This document shows positions 63,590 to 64,000 of a DNA stretch of 64,000 nucleotides, piece by piece (position 1 is the first letter of the stretch; each line of letters begins with the position of its first letter). A program made the translations under genes and the position numbers. Location: positions 64,001 through 128,000 of the forward strand of contig CAWDRG010000011.1 in the NCBI GenBank assembly GCA_963804645.1, in the 5' to 3' direction. The notes under the pieces were generated by a model that was not told the DNA's origin, did not search any database, and saw only the letters and a program-made list of their open reading frames with translations. Source of the stretch: an uncultured Bacillota bacterium (lineage in GTDB: Bacteria; Sysuimicrobiota; Sysuimicrobiia; Sysuimicrobiales; Segetimicrobiaceae).

Positions 63590-64000
63590 TCTGACCAATA
63601 TTCCAGCCGCAGCCGTTCAGTCGCTCCGGCTCGGCGGTGTGCCCGCCGAAGGTCGGCGCCCACGAGACTGCTATACCGGAGCGTGGTCGTGAGGCTCTCG
63701 TGGCCAAGGAGCCGCCGTACCTCGTCGAGACCGGCGCCGCTCCGCAGCCAGCTCGTCGCGGCGAAGTGGCGCAAGGCGTGCGGGTGAGGCGCCTATTCGC
63801 CGGCAGACCGGCCTTGGTGCTCAGCCGATGGAGCACCTGGACGAGGTGACGATACTTCAGCGGCCGGCCCGCGCGGTCGCAGAATAGGAACGCCTCGGAC
63901 GACGGCGCCGGGTGACGTGCGAGCCACGCCTTGAGGGCCCGCGCCGTTGTGGGGCCGACGAACGCCACCCGATCCTTCCGGCCCTTACCGGCACGCACGA
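63590..64000 (-). pseudogene. Tyrosine recombinase/integrase, C-terminal part (continues past window), 1-nt frameshift near 63787
   Basis: GKGRKDRV..LF..; HALRHFAATSWL..LLGHESLTTTLRY in a shifted frame. Confidence 0.85.

Overview
High-GC bacterial chromosomal window. Positions 1 to about 55 kb are dense accessory metabolism: a branched-chain-type ABC transporter with hydantoinase/oxoprolinase A+B and a CocE hydrolase; pdhABC without E3; a HAD-zwf-MFS-GH15 glucoamylase-glucose dehydrogenase operon; mgsA and ridA; a GGT/PanE-like/M20 operon; a cold-shock gene; a decayed DDE transposase next to a sulfatase + radical-SAM maturase module; two acid-sugar/amine catabolic clusters; an FTR1 iron permease with two DtxR/MntR-like boxes; and sugar and peptide ABC systems lacking ATPases. 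Many catabolic operons share an upstream AGG-N18/19-GAA (sigma-H-like) motif. From about 55 kb the sequence looks foreign and mobile: a Gly-rich surface protein, two antitoxin-PIN modules flanking a tRNA 3'-end remnant (probable att site), and a complete Asp-specific T-box riboswitch in front of a non-discriminating archaeal-type AspRS whose start codon is out of frame. It also holds two copies of a tyrosine-recombinase 3' end and a PEP-CTERM gene split by an intact IS256 (27-bp IRs, 8-bp target duplication). All calls come from reading the sequence and recalled family motifs; no database searches were run.
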